DNA of 64,000 nucleotides from assembly GCF_009914755.1 (NCBI RefSeq), contig NC_060931.1; one strand, 5' to 3'. Numbering within the stretch: position 1 is the first letter of the stretch; each line of letters begins with the position of its first letter. Positions 24,961 to 39,426 of the stretch are shown here, piece after piece. The translations under genes were made by a program, and so were the position numbers. This stretch comes from the human T2T-CHM13v2.0 reference genome, Homo sapiens. The notes below the pieces were generated by a model that searched no databases, was not told the origin of the DNA, and was given only the letters and a program-made list of their open reading frames with translations.

Positions 24961-26559
24961 TTTTCCCATGAAAACTTTATTTTACTAAACTTTAGAGACT
25001 ATTACATTCTCTCCTCAGAATTCAAATCTGAACACCTACATGATGTAGTAAACCAGCATTTGGGCGGAAAGTAATACGTGACAGGAAACCAGTTTTTCAG
25101 GTTTAACCTAAGTTTAGATTAAAAAAACTGGAGTCTGAGGGAGATTTTTTGAATATGTCTGCATAATTCTTTAAACAGGAAGGAAAAAATTGTAAGTGCT
25201 CATACCTCTTGACCTGATTCTGTGCCAGTAGCCTGGAGGCAGAAGTAGGTATTTAGTGCATTCAAACAGGTAGCCTTAGAGCAGAGAGATAAATGTTTGT
25301 ATTTTCTTGGATAATGGAAATACCTTTATGTAGCAGGAGTTTACGTGCATTCCCTGTTGTGTGAATAACAATTTTATTTTTAAACATTTCCATTCCATTC
25401 TAGCCCCCTTTCCTTGTGTGCCTTTCACATAACAACTATATATTTTTGAGTTGTTGCAGTGTTAAAGTGGTAGCTTCATGGAAACTCTGAGCATATTTTT
25501 TTGCTCCACATTTTTATTTTTTGTGCATTTGTTGTCTCTTTAAGTTCTTAAATTAACCTAACTTATAAATCGAGTCCTATTAGTCTCCATTTATTTTCTA
25601 TTGCCTGAAATTTGTGTCAAAAAACTCAGAGGATACAGCCCCAGAGGAAACAACCTATTTCCCAATTTTAGATGTTAATTCATTACTAAGTTTCTTGGAT
25701 CTTAATTTTAATTTTATATTATATTTTGTTGTTTGATCCTACATCTCACCTTAAAAATGTGGTCTGGGAAGAGTGATTACTGGGGGTATTAGCCTATGCC
25801 CTGAAGAAAGTATCAAGAATTTATACATACATCGAAAACTTTCACAGTTGATTTGACCATTGTCTTCTGGGGAGTTTGATTCTTTCATGCACCTGCCATT
25901 CCTGATATAGCCAGAGCTAAGTAAGCAGAGCCAAGGGAGAGGACTAGAGGGTACTGACATAGCAACCTCCCTAGCCAGCTGTGTGATCACCCCCTTAATC
26001 TACAGTCATTTTCCAGCTGTGAGGAAGAAGCTCTACAGCAGCTGCTCAGCACAAAGTGCTCACGTCCAGACTGGCTTAGGCAGGTGGCCGCTTTACTCAT
26101 CTTCCCTTTTATTTTTTCCTTTTGTAAGCACGGATGTGTGCTCAGATGTGAGGCAGTTGTTCAAAGAACATCCTGGGATGAAAAGCAACTTTCATGCCAT
26201 TATTAGGACTGAATCTTCAGATTTCATTAATTTAGTAAATATTAATGGCATCACTCAAAAGAAGTGCCCAATACTTACTTGGGTATTTTCTCATAAGGTT
26301 ACTGTTAGCAAGACTCAAAATTAAATTTTCAAAATATAACTATTCTTATTTTTAAATATACATTTTATGATAATCCTCCTCCTGCCAGGGCTGGCCCTCT
26401 AACTAACTTGTATAATTTAAAGGATATAAAAAGGCCATTCTGCTCCTAAATAGTTCACTAGCTTGCTATGAAACCTGAAGTTCCTCCTGAGAGGCACTCT
26501 TTTGGTTAAGGCATTTTTTCTAGCCCAATGCACAGGCCCCAATTCTCTTGCAACATAGC

Positions 26560-27060
26560 AATTATATTGCAACCCTGCTATGGGAGAGCACCATGATGTG
26601 AACCGAGGATGGGAAAGGGCATAGGATACGGCTCCTGCCCTTGAGAGGTTTACAGTCTGTTTGGAAAGGCAGGGGACATATATTGAAGGTAAAATAACAA
26701 GGCAAGGGAGCATCTATGTAGATCACTACATTTACCTATGTAAATCATTTACATGTATAGGACTTAAAAAATGCTCTGAGGGCTGCTCTTCAGGGAAGGG
26801 CTTATGGATGACTGGGTGCTAGAGCCTGATCCTGAAAGAAGGTGGAGTTTGGAAAAGCAGAGAGACAATAACAAATATCCTAGACCAGGAATAAAGAAAG
26901 AGAGGATGTGTTCTGGAGCCAGGGAACAGAGTATGGTGATTGGAATGAATGAGTTCATTTAAGAGGTTGAGGACAATGAGATGCCGCGGTTGATGACAAG
27001 AGTTTGTGTGACAAGATCCAGTGAGTGGATATTTTTTGACATTGATTTTAGATGTAACAT
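26560..27060 (-). mobile_element. L2 fragment
   Basis: GGCTCCTGCCCTTGAGAGGTTTACAGTCT...CAGGGAAGGGCTT...GAGCCTGATCCTGAAAGA. Confidence 0.65.
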
Positions 27061-27091
27061 ATGAAAAGCCTGACTTAAAAAGTATGTACAA

Positions 27092-27398
<307 letters not shown>

Positions 27399-28057
27399 TC
27401 ACAGTTACTTTATTATTTGAGTCTCAAAAAGAATTAACAAAGGCTGGATGACAACGAGGTATCCTCCTAAACCAAATGGTGAACTCATAAAATCTGTTTG
27501 ATTCCCTGTCATCTTTTTTTCAGAAACCTGATTTATTTTTCTCCTTGCTATCTGCTTTCCTTTCTACTGGAAATGATCTGAATGCCTTTGGGATTGGCCC
27601 ATTGTCTGGCTATCCATGGTTACCTCATCAGAATATTTTAGGAAACAAATAAACCCGCTATTCCTGCCATCACTGGATATTCAAATACCTTTACTCTGTC
27701 CCTAGTACCTTCTTTCCCATACTGCCCTGTGCTTTACCTCGTCTGGCTCCTGTTTCCACTGTACTTCTCTCCTGACACATTTCACTTGGCCAACTGAATC
27801 CTGTTACTCCTGCATCCCTAAACCCTTCGTGGAATGTTTCCTTTCCTTCTTAATCATCCTAGACACCTAGCAGTCCCTACAGTTAGAGGTTTCAGGATTG
27901 CCCATTTGAGTGAGATTACACATTCTCTCACACCACAAATGCCTTAAGGTGGGGTAAGCATCCTCCGTACTTCCCAGTGTCCCATCCAGATCATCCCCCA
28001 CCCCCACCACAAAAATCAAAATCCTCAGTCCTTTAAAGCTCTTTAGTTGTTTCAACC

Positions 28058-28363
28058 TATTTATTTATTTATTTATTGAGACGGAGTTTCACTCTTGCCG
28101 TCCAGGCTGGAGTGCAATGGCGCGATCTTGCCTCACTGAAACCTCTGCTTTATTGGTTCAAGGGATTCTCGTGCCGCTGCCTCCAGTGTAGCTGGGATTA
28201 CAGGCATCTGCTACCATGTCCAGCTAATTTTTATATTTGTAGTACAGACAGATTTTCACCATGTTGGCCAGGCTGGTCTCAAGCTCCTGACCTTGGGTGA
28301 TCTGCTTGCCCCAGCCTCCCAAAGTGCTGGGATTAAAGGCGTGAGAAACCATCGTGCCTGGCC
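28058..28363 (-). mobile_element. AluS (AluSq/Sp-like), (TAAA)n tail
   Basis: GAGACGGAGTTTCACTCTTG...GGAGTGCAATGGCG...CCTGGCC. TSD TGTTTCAACCTATTTA / TGCTTCAACCAATTTA. Confidence 0.93.
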
Positions 28364-28680
28364 TGCTTCAACCAATTTACAGACTACCAATCACTCAGGT
28401 GTTTAGACCTGAGTTACTATTTTCCTTACCAATGCAACTCCTTCCATCATCTGGAATGACGTAAATTTTCGCATCAATGTTTAAATACAATATTTTAGCA
28501 CGTTTCCTCTTTGTCTTCCTTCTGCTGACTTTTACACCCAGTTTATTTCAGGTACCTCTATAACCACATTCCGGACATCAGAATACTTGTAATGGTTCCT
28601 CCTGTTGAGTAATGTGTTGAAACCCTCCCTACTAGATAACAACTTTCTGTCTTTCTAACTTTTCATCAAATTACCCACTC

Positions 28681-29000
28681 TTTTTTTTCTCTCTCTCTCT
28701 CTTTCAGAGACTGAGTCTCACTCTGTTGTCCAGGCTGGAGTGCAGTAGCACAATCATAGCTCACTGCAGCCTCTAAATCCTGGGCTCAAGTGACCCTCTT
28801 ACCTCAGCTTCCATAGCTGCTAGGACTACAGGCATGCACTATATGTTTTTCCCTGGCTGTTTTTGTTGTTGTTGTTTGTTTTTGAGAGACGAGGTCTTGC
28901 TATGTTGCCCAGGCTTTGAACATCTGGCCTCAAGTAATCCATCTACCCCACCCAACCTCCCAAAGTGCTTGGATAGAAGTGTGAGCCATGGTGCCCAGCC
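28681..29000 (-). mobile_element. AluJ
   Basis: AluJ diagnostics: ATCATAGCTCACTGCAGCCTC..TCCTGGGCTCAAG, GGTCTTGCTATGTTGCCCAGG. Confidence 0.9.
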
Positions 29001-30780
29001 CTAACTCTCTTCTTGACCTTCACTTTCTTAGGAATATCTTGTCTTTTTACTCTTCTACTTCTTCCCCATATATCAGTCTACATATACCTTTCATTTCTTC
29101 CTTGTTCTTGACTGAATGGGATGGTCCATTTTTGTAACCATCCTGTGTCTGTATCCTCAGAACTCTTGAGCCATTGTCTGTCTTATCCACCAGGTAAAAT
29201 TTCAACATTGGATCAATCCAGTTATATGCTTTCTTCATAACAACACATCACTTGATGAATGGTTGGAAAGACACAAATACAGATATACAACTGCATGAAT
29301 TGTTGCCACCACAAATTCTTGGTTTCTAACTTCATCTGGTCATCAGTGTTGCCTGCCATTTCTTCTGGTGCCTTTCTTTAGCTTTCCCTCTATTTCCCCT
29401 CGTGCCTATTTCAAATCTTCTCTATGAGCCTCTGACTTCTGCCTCCATCCCTTCTACTCCATAGTCTCATTTTCAGCAGATGACTTTGACTCTAGACTCA
29501 GACAAAAATCAAAAACAAATGAACTCTCTAATTTTCCCTTCCTTACTGACTTAACTGCATGAACAACTATAATTTCTTATTTTTCTCCTGTTATATCAGA
29601 AACGTAACCTTCTACTTGAGGATTACCCTACCCATTGTGCTTTGAGTCCCATCCTTTTATGTGGTGCTGCTGTTAAGATAATTAATCTTGCATGTTTCTT
29701 CAGCCTCTTCACCTAGTCATCATCAGCTCTTCTTTAAATGCCCTACTCAACCCCAGCTCCTGTCCAACTATGGTTCCATCACTCTTCTTTCCCTCACCAG
29801 CAGAAGTCTCCAAAGAGTTGGCTGAACTCGATGCATACTTTATTCACTTTCCCATCCACACTCTCTCCCTTTCATTGCGTGAATCTGCTCTTTTACAAAC
29901 CTGTAGTGGTTCCTTCAGAAATGAGATGTTTCTACATGCTCATCCTCCTTGCCTTCTGTGCAGTACTGACATTTCTGTCTTCTCCCTCTTTCCTGAAATA
30001 GTGTTGTCCTCTTATACTGCAATTCTCTTCAAAACAGATTCGCCATTGGATGTGGGAACCTTCAACTTGCCAACGGAATTCATGCCCATCTATCTCCACT
30101 CAAGCTTTCCATCTTCCCTGTTGTTGTAGAAGAAGAGGTGTTCCCTCTTTCTTGAGGCTGATGCTTGAATCCACCCAGCCAGAAATCCTCTTTCTCTACC
30201 TTGACATAATGCAGCATCATGTCCTAGTGATTCTACCCACTTACCATCTCTTGGATCTGCCCAGCCTCTCCATCCCCACTTTTACTATTCTGGATCAGTT
30301 TACCATGATCAGGTCCATACTGGTATTTAACTGTTTCTTCAGAGGCTAATTTATTGCTACACTAATAAAGCTTTAGCTTTAGCATTCTGTATTTCCAAAG
30401 GCCTTTGAAAATGCTCTGGTCTTAGAATTTTATGTATTTTTTATTTTATGGAGAGCCTCCAAATTGTCTAAGCCTCAGTAGCCACCACCCCTGGATCTGC
30501 CCCCAGGACTACATGTTCTATAGTCTCTGGTATTGTGCTATGCTAACACATTCTCCACACTGCCATTACAGTATTTTTTCCTAATATGACCATCATATAA
30601 TGCCACTTTCTTGCTTAAAAATTCTTCAATGACTTCTTATTGCTTTTAGATTTCTGGAAAAAATTCCTAAATACAGCTTTTAGATCCATCCTGACCTGAC
30701 CTCTGCTTTTCTCTCTTGCGTTGCCTTTGACTACACGTTTTAAAAGTTTTTCCATCATTCTCTCATCTCCAGTCATGTAA
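29001..30780 (+). mobile_element. Long decayed L2 body (ORF2-derived, pyrimidine-rich), probably continuing left of the AluJ
   Basis: TGGATCAATCCA, TCAGCAGATGACTTTGACTCT, TCTTCCTTG..., CCACACTGCCA...TCTTGCTTAAAA..CTTCAATGACTTC. Confidence 0.6.
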
Positions 30781-31225
30781 GCAGAGCAGGTTTTCTCCTT
30801 TAAAGATGAGGAAAATAAATCTCAGTGAAGGTAAATCATGTTCCTAAGCTTATGGAAAAAATGACTTATGTGGCTGAGATTTGGGCTGTGTCTTCCGATC
30901 CTTTTGAAAATTTATTTTTCCATTATAAAATGTGGCTTCTACATACAAATGTGCTCATTCTGGGATTATTTAAAAAAAAAAAACACAGAAGTCTTTGAGA
31001 GTAATTTTTGGGTCATATACTAGGTGATAAGATTTTTATTATTTGATTAGTATGTAAACAAAATTAACTGTTTTTAATGTATAAAACTGATCTAATTATA
31101 TTTTAGTTACTTCAGTAATGAATATTTTCATAACTATTTGCAGACTGGCATATTTTAGGACCTGTATTTTTCAAAGAGATGCATTTATTAAGGGAATAGT
31201 TACAGCGGTGATGCTTCCATTTCTA

Positions 31226-31682
31226 TGTGAGGCCAAACTGATTTCAGAGTAGTAGACCCACCCTCTAAAACCTGACTAATCTTTAGATAGGTTTCTTCCT
31301 GACTGTGGCACCTGACTTCCCTCCCTTAAAGTATTTACTTTGAAAAAACTTGCAATTGTAAACTCTTTCTCTGCCCTTTTGAAATGTAAATCTTCTAAAA
31401 AAGTATAATTATCAAGAAAGATAAGGTTTTTATCTCTGTCTCTGTGGGAAGGTAGAAGCCTAACTTCCATAAGTGCTGATTAGCAAATACAGGTGCCTAA
31501 TCAGATTCACAAATCTCGCCTTTAAAGTCTTCCAGTACTTTCCTGTAACTCACCCTAGTGCTTAAAGATTCCCCTACCTTTGGTTTCAGTGGACTTGAGT
31601 TCAGTCTCTCTCTCCCATATTGCCATCATATTAGTCTTCCTTGGCATCTTCAATAGCTATCAGTGTAATTTTGCTTTTATGG
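31226..31682 (+). mobile_element. ERV1 solo LTR, MER67/MER31-group-like
   Basis: ACTTGCAATTGTAAA.TCTTTCTCTGCCC.TTTGA.ATGTAAATCTTC, GTCTCTGTGGGA.GGTAG.AGCCTAACTTC, GTTTCAG.GGA.TTGAGTTCA.TCTCTCTC. The 5' boundary is approximate. Confidence 0.7.
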
Positions 31683-32604
31683 TGCCTACTTATAAGAGTG
31701 TTTCTAAAACTATAGAGAAATGTATTTGTAGGCACAACAGTTACTGATCTTGCTTTTTCTATTTCACTTGCTAAAAAGCATTTATTCTAGGTATTTGCTA
31801 CTGGTAAACAGAAAAAATGTATAATTCTCAAGGATCATGTGCACCCCTCCAGAGCCCACTGATTTGTTTAGACCCTCCCATCTCTGAACAGATTCTGACA
31901 TAGCTTATCACTTTAGCTCATGCTCCTCTTTATCCTCTGTGTAGTATAGATTATTTTCTCAACAACATTCTCCTTAGTATATAAGAGCAGACAGCATTGT
32001 TTTCCTTGCTGATACTGCCTTATATTATTTTATGACATGGTTTCATTTGTCTCCATAGGGGCAGAATATTGAGAAGGATGAATATAAGGAGAGGCCGTTC
32101 AGCCCATCAAGCTCTTTTCCTTTTAATGTACCCTAGAGAACATTTAATTGCTTCTTGAATGACCCCCAAGGTCTTCCTAGAATGAGCTTGTTGTCTTCTT
32201 TGTGGAGGAGACCATCCCCATTTCATTCGAACTCATTGTGACTTAATTATAGGATACATATAATAAATTGGAGGCAATCAGTAATCCTTAATCAAACAGG
32301 GTAAATTTATTTCACATGCAAGACACAATGGGCCCTTGTGAAATAGATGGCACACTTTCATTTACTGAACGATACCCAGATTAATTAACTCACCTGATAG
32401 CTGTGGTTTCAATTTCCCAACTCAACTCAAGTCTGTCTTATGGTTGCCCTTCTTTCTTTTTCTTATTCCATGAAACTGATCTTTAATAGACTTTCAGATT
32501 CAATGATTATGATTTCTCTCCACATATATTTTCTTGTCATCATATAAAAAAGCGTAAGTTTGTCTACAAACAGCACATAGTTTGCATATGTATTTTATAT
32601 TACA

Positions 32605-32667
32605 TATGATGTATTATATATGTGCACACACACACACACACACACACATGCACACACATACACACAC
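32605..32667. repeat. (TA)n/(CA)n microsatellite
   Basis: Directly visible CA run. Confidence 0.9.
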
Positions 32668-33693
32668 CCCTGCATGGTGGCGCACATTCAGTGGAAAAGA
32701 TGCCAGACTGTCTTTTTTTTTTTAACGTGGCATTTCTTTAGTTACAACTCTATTACAGATCTGAGTTCACTGGGTCTATTTCCAGAATTTTGCAATAATT
32801 TCTTTAAGCCTCCAGCAGTGCCTAATCACTTCCTAGAGCAGAGATTTTAGCTGTTTGGTTTCTGCTGGCTGTTTTCCCTGAAAATTACTGTAAGAAATTT
32901 AATTGATTTTTTTTATTTATCTTCTAAAAAGTTGAGGTTTTTATTAAATTTAAGTGTCTGTTTAGTGCCTCTCATTGTGTATCCTGATTACTTTTGGTGA
33001 CTCAGTGTAACATTTAATAACTGTTAGTTTTCTTTTGAAGAGTTCTTAACCAGGAAACAAGAGTTCTTACAGCTACATAGATAATTAACTTGAAGCTTGT
33101 CTGTCTCCTGAGAGACATCAAATATGTAAATGAGGAACTTAAGCCTTAACAAGACATGGTAAGAAAATCACTAAAAGTTTTATCACATGAAGGCTAAAAT
33201 CCGTGTTTTTTAAAAAAATCAATATGCTTTGAAGAACTAATATATGCTTCTTGCTTAGGATTTGCGAAATTTATGGGCTTTAAATTCTTTTTCAAAGCTG
33301 CAGGAGCTAGCCAGATCTGTTAACAAAAAACTGGAGTAGTTTTTAAAAAATGAGGAGAGGAACCACATTTGAATGCTTCACAATGCCTACCATATTATTG
33401 AAACTCAACAAATATTTGATAAACTTGTACCAAATTTTTCTTTTTTATTTTACAAATGCCATTAGCTATACCTAACATTCTTTCAAACTATTAATCACAC
33501 CACCTTTCAGAGCTAACCAATAATTGATATCTTTGGTCTGTTTTTATTAATAAATTAAGAGGGTAGAGCTATTTGTGTTTAATGTTTTAAACTTGATTAA
33601 CCAACTCTCTTCATTTTTCTGTACATACTTGTATTATAAAATGTAACTCAAGAAAAATATGGACAAAAAGACCCTTTACATTTCTGTGCTCAG

Positions 33694-34004
33694 TTTTTTT
33701 GTTTGCTTGTTTCTTCATTTGTTTGTTTTGAGACAGGGTCTTGCTCTGTTGCCCAGGCTGGAGTGCAGTGATGCTATCATGGCTCCCTGCAGTCTTGACG
33801 TCCTGGACTCAAGTAGTTCTCCCACCTCAGCCTCCGAGTAGCTGAGACTACAGGTGTGCACACCCAGCTAATTTTTTTACCTTTTGTAGAAACAGGATTT
33901 TGCCATGTTGTCCAGGCTGGTCTCGAACTCCTGAGTTCCAGCAATCTGCCTACCTCGACCTCCCAAAGTGCTGAGACTACAGGCGTGACCCACTGCACTC
34001 AGCC
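33694..34004 (-). mobile_element. AluJ (Jb-like)
   Basis: GAGACAGGGTCTTGCTCTGTTGCCCAGG...ATCATGGCTC...CCTCCCAAAGTGCTG. TSD TGTGCTCAGTTTT / TGTGCTCGCTTTT. Confidence 0.92.
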
Positions 34005-37000
34005 TGTGCTCGCTTTTTAATCTGAAAAGAAAACATAAGTTTTAGTTACCTGGATAAAATATTTTTGTTATAATTGATGGATTATATTTCCTGGAGACAT
34101 ACTGGAACTAGTGAATGGAATGGCTGAAGGTGAGAAACTATTTGTAAGTTCTCCCCACAAATAGTTTTCTTGAAGATAGATTTTTAATTTTTAGAAAAGA
34201 TAAATCATTTGAAGCTTCCAAAGACAATTCACTGGCCTCTCAGTGGGTTATGTACTTCTAACAAACTATACTTGTGATTCATTCCTCAAGTCTTTAGGTG
34301 GGTATACAGGTAGAATATTTGGTATTCTAGAGCTGCAGTTAGAAATAACATTGAACATAGGTACAAACATATCCCCTGCTTCAGACTTGGTTAGAAGTTC
34401 CTGTGGTTGGTGTTGTGGTATCTGTCTACCAGGGGCTGGCGTCCACTTTGTGTTTTATTTTCTTCTGTCAGAATTTAGTGAGTGCCTCCCATGTCAACAG
34501 TGGCAAATCTGATCAAAGGGAAAATGCCCAAATGAGAAAAGGCAGGGGCAACAATAGTGTTTTCTTTACCATATTAAAGCCAAATTCACTTCCATTTTTC
34601 CTATCATGCTAGTTTGTTAAATATTGCCAGCATGTGCTTCCTACATTATAGCATTTCTCAGTTTTCCAAAGGATAAGCTATTGCCAAAATTCTAGTCATA
34701 ATATCAATACAACTTTTAATGACAATTCCTTTTTTTCTTTACGTGTGTCTCAGGAGTCTTATAAGTATGATGCTCTGAAGAGCTCTGAGTGGCCCAGGAC
34801 CCTGGGGTGGTTATTATGGCCAAGCAGGCACTAAATCACCATAGGGGGTATGAGATATTTCTCAGCTCACAAGAACTTTACAGCCTCACAGGGAGATGAA
34901 GTTCAAATTATGCAAATTCACTAGCTTGTATGGCATGCATTTGGTTCCCTCTTGACTTCCAACGTCTCCTCAACATATTTTAGATCTCTTAAATTTATAA
35001 TAAAAACATATTATGTTGGTATTGGACTTGCGTATTCATAAAGCTTAGTCACATTCAATATCTCACCTGGTCCTTGTAGCATTGCTCTATCACTGGCTAC
35101 TTATTCATTGGCCCTGTTAACAGAAATCAATTTCCTAACCCATTGAACAAATCATCTAGATAGAAGTAAGTTGAACCAAGTTGCCCTAAAAGCAAGAACA
35201 ACAAAAAGAACAAGAAAATAGAACTGGCTTGATCTCAGAGCAGTAGTTGTGTAGTAGTTGTATTTTGGCTACATGAATTAATCTAAGAAAGCTTTAATTA
35301 TCCATTACTTGACGTATAAAAAGCTGGACCAATTATCCTTTAATTCTTCCTTCTTTGGAGTCCCCTCTTCAGAGCCATTCTAGAAAATACATGGTGAATT
35401 GGCTCACTCTATCAGAAGAGGAAAAAAAAATGAAGAAAATAAAGACTCGTCTGGCTTACTATTTAATTCATTATATAAAATGTTCCTTTTAATCACATGA
35501 ATAATTTCCAATTTTGTTATAAATATTTCCAATTAAAACTAAACAAGTGATACTTTTAGGGATAAAAAGGAGTTTATGGTTCAACATTTGGCCTTTTAAA
35601 AGATAACTTAATTTTACTTCCTTCAAAGTAAAGGAAAGATTTCAAACCTTTAAATTATTAGAACACTTGGCTTTTGGGAATATAGTAAAAGGATTATTTT
35701 TAGTTAAATTACTGGGACCACCCTTAATAATTCATGATAGCTACATCATTCATGACTTAAGATTGCCTTAATTAGAGGAGATTCCATTTCACTTCACTTT
35801 TTGCTATTAGCACATATTACTGTTTCAGTTTTCTCTTTAGCATTATTGACATCATAGCCAACTTTTTATATGCCAGATACATAATTATTATTTATATTTA
35901 AATTTATGATATTTAGAAAGTAACACATAATGCAGATATATAAAACATAACAGAAAAAGGTACTTTTTCCTGAAATCCACAGAAATGCATCAATTCTAGG
36001 ATGTTTGATGTCCTGGTAATTTTAGTTTTATTTAGTTATCAAAACAGGAAGGTGCTTTGTGACTATTTTCTTCAGTTAAGAGATGCTTTACAGAGAATCG
36101 TGGCTTTGAAAAAACACAAATTTTAGAATATTTCTGAGAAAGCTTTAATTTGTTCTTTACTGGTTTATAATTGCTGTGAGGATAATTAGGGAATAAAAGC
36201 TAACTCCATGCTTAAGAAAACTTGTAGCTGTCATTGACTGTTCTTAGTCTTTTTCCTTGTATTTCTTGTTCAAGGTAATCACTCGCAAAGGTTGTTATAT
36301 TTTGATAAATGGACAAATAAAATATATTTTCAAATTACTTTTAATATGATCAAGTTCAATTTTAAAAAGTGACTCAATTATTTCTTGACAGAAAAATATA
36401 AAGTGGTATAGATTTCAAATTTTAAAAAGATTGCAAAATTTAAAATACAAGAAAATATATTTGGCAAATATTTATTGTTATAGCAATCATTAACTATCAG
36501 GTAGTAACTTTGTTTCAGGATTCTAAAAATGGTGAAAGGCAAACAAGAACTTGGTAATTAAGTACCGAATGAACCTATATTTTCAAATGTATTTTGTTGT
36601 AGAGAGCCAAGAGAACACTGTGAAGCTATATAGATGTAATCTGGTTTCTTCAGTTTGGTTTCTCATGGATTCTATTTATATACACTCAACATTGAGCATT
36701 AGTCAAATAGTATTTTTAAAGCACTATGATTTTAACCAGGGATTTGTTTAATGAGTTTGGTTTTGGATCTTGTTTTGTGTGCAAACATACTATTTTGATT
36801 TAATTTTTTCTGACATGATGCCCACTGCACAGTATAAAAAAAGTATAACTGTAGTTTTGTCCTTTATAGCACAGGACAAATAAATGTCAAAATCAAATGG
36901 TGGTGTCCCCCAAGGGAAAACACACTTCAGTGATGAAATATTCTTCCTCACTTCCCATTGCTATTCCTCTGAACACCCAGGTGAAGCCGCCTCAGGACCT

Positions 37001-39103
37001 AATCAAATGCTGCTAATTTGCATATAATAAAAATCCTGCCACGAGATTTTAGAACATTAGGAGGAAAAGTGCATAGTCTCCAAAATGGTAAATTATGAAA
37101 ATATGTATACATCTATGAATCAATAGCTTATAAATGCTCAGAATAGTTTGACTAGACCCAATGTGTTATGAGCATCAGCTTATGTTGATGTATAAATTGT
37201 CAGTTTAATTCTCTGTTTAATAAAAATCTTTGGAAGTGACACGTGACTGTTTCCTATGTTCCTTTAAAATGCTGTGATATTGATAAAATGTCAGACCTCC
37301 TCTTGGACATGACGATAACAATCAACTTCACAAAGCAATCATTAAGGTACCTTTATAAAGACAGCTGTTTGAGGAAAAAGGTTTTTCCTGGAAACTATTT
37401 GTACTTATAATAGTCCTTTTGTTTTTCAAAAATAACAATTCACACTCAATGTAAGATTTTCTTACCAAAATTATCCCCACCACAAATTATTTTAAAAAGT
37501 GTATTTTTAAGTCACCTGAAGTATCTTTTAAATGAATTTTTTGAACCAGGTCCCTGGTTGTCTTGATAATTTCTGCGTTTATCAGGTGGTTAAAAATAAA
37601 CTTATTTTGCAATATTATTTTTTAATCTATGGAGTGAAACCCTTTTTAAAAAATGCAGTTACCATCAAATTCACAAATACAAGGTTTTCTAAATTTCAGT
37701 TCCCTAAGCCTAACATTATACACGTAATTTTGAAAAATCTCACCTAGAAATTACAGAAAACTACCTAGGCATTTGAAATTAAGGCAAAATCCCCCTTCTC
37801 TAAAATTGAAATACTCAACTAGTAAAGAAATATACCTGAATTTGGAGATATCTCTGAAGGTTATCCACTATTGAGATACTAATTGTCATTGCATTTGCAT
37901 AGGACATAGTAAATATGATTACATTTTATGCTTTTAAAGACATGATAAATTACAGAGAGTGATTTGCCATTTGAAATCCATATGGTCAGAAGGAAAAAGG
38001 CATAACTTAAACATGAGAAGTTAAAGATAGAAATTTCCTGCCTGGGGTAGAATTGAAGAAGTTACTTAGGGACATTTTGAATTTTTTGAATTAGAGTTTT
38101 TGTAAGTACAATTGATTCTCATTTGCCAATGACATTCTATCTGTAGGGAGAAGAACAGACTAATATTTAGCAGTGTGTCAGTGGGCTTCCATGTAACAAA
38201 TCTCATCATTACAGGAATGTTAGCGTTCTGCAGTTCAAATCATGTTTTCTGAAAAGTATGTAGAATAAGATCTTGTGCAAAAGCAAAAATAACAATCACA
38301 ACGAGAAGAAAGATTTGTCTCTGTTACCCAGCAGCAAGCTAGTAAAGACTATTATTTTTATTTAATGCAACCATGAGATCACTCTTCCTTAGACACAAGA
38401 AATAGAATTTATATACCTGGGGAATGAAGACTCTGTCTTTCCCTTTAGAGAGGAAATAGAGGTAAAAGAAGTGGAGTATACTGAGAGATTTTAATTCTTT
38501 ATTGGCAAAAACATGCTCAGGGACCTGCCAGTCTACCAGAGCAGACTGGAGTCCCCAGGGGGCAGAGATTGTATTCAATTCATCTTTTTGTTACAGGGCC
38601 AGTAGTATAGTACACCCTCCACCAATGAATGAAGTAAACATCAATTGGTCAGACGTCCTCCTTTTTCTAAGCTGAATACTCCTTTTACATGAACTTAAAT
38701 TATATTTTTATTTATTCAGCAACAGAAAGTACTTAGTGTACACAAGGATTTGAGTATTTCTTGTATTAATCCTATAGCCATCTAGTTTCCTGGGTGGACA
38801 TTTCTCCTTCAGGCGATCAGTGGCCTGATAGTGTTTGTGTGGTTGCCATCTCTTTTTAACCTTTGCACTGCAAGTGCAGAGCTGAAGGGGCATTCTGAAA
38901 AGATGGATACTTTTTTCCTTCCCTTCTCCAAATGAAATGATGGAGTGTAGCTGTTGACACCTGACTTGCTTTCCAAGAATGAATTTATCCAGTGCCATCA
39001 ATGATCTCCCTCCCACTTTAGGCTGCAAGTAGGCATTCTCTTGTTCTATGCTTCCATAAATTGAAGAAAAGTTTGGAATTCATGAAGGTGCAATCATTTA
39101 GAG

Positions 39104-39426
39104 CAAAGATTCCCCTAGGCCATGTACCAGTTCATGGCCTTTTAGGAACCAGGCTGCAAAGCAGGAAGTGAGTGGCAGGCCAGCGAGCATTACCGCCTGA
39201 GCTCTGCCTCCCGTCAGGTCAGTGAGGCATTAGATTCTCATAGGAGCACAAACACTACCGTGAACTGCGCATGCGAGAGATCTAGGTTGTGCGTTTCTTA
39301 TAAGAATCTAATACATGATGATCTGAGGTGGAACAGTTTCATCCGGAAAACCTCCCCCATCTCCTCCACAGAAAAATTGTCTTCCACGAAACTGGTCCCT
39401 GGTGCCAAAAAGGCTGGGGACTGCTG
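39104..39426 (+). mobile_element. MER1B (hAT-Charlie non-autonomous element)
   Basis: GCATTACCGCCTGAGCTC.GCCTCC, GCATTAGATTCTCATAGGAGC, CTGGTCCCTGGTGCCAAAAAGG.TGGGGAC.GCTG. 8-bp TSD ATTTAGAG / ACTTATAG (6/8 match). Confidence 0.92.

Noticed and set aside
38545-38570. CTCF-like CCCCAGGGGGCAG
   Set aside because: Partial match only, inside what looks like a decayed L2 tail; not supportable without ChIP data.
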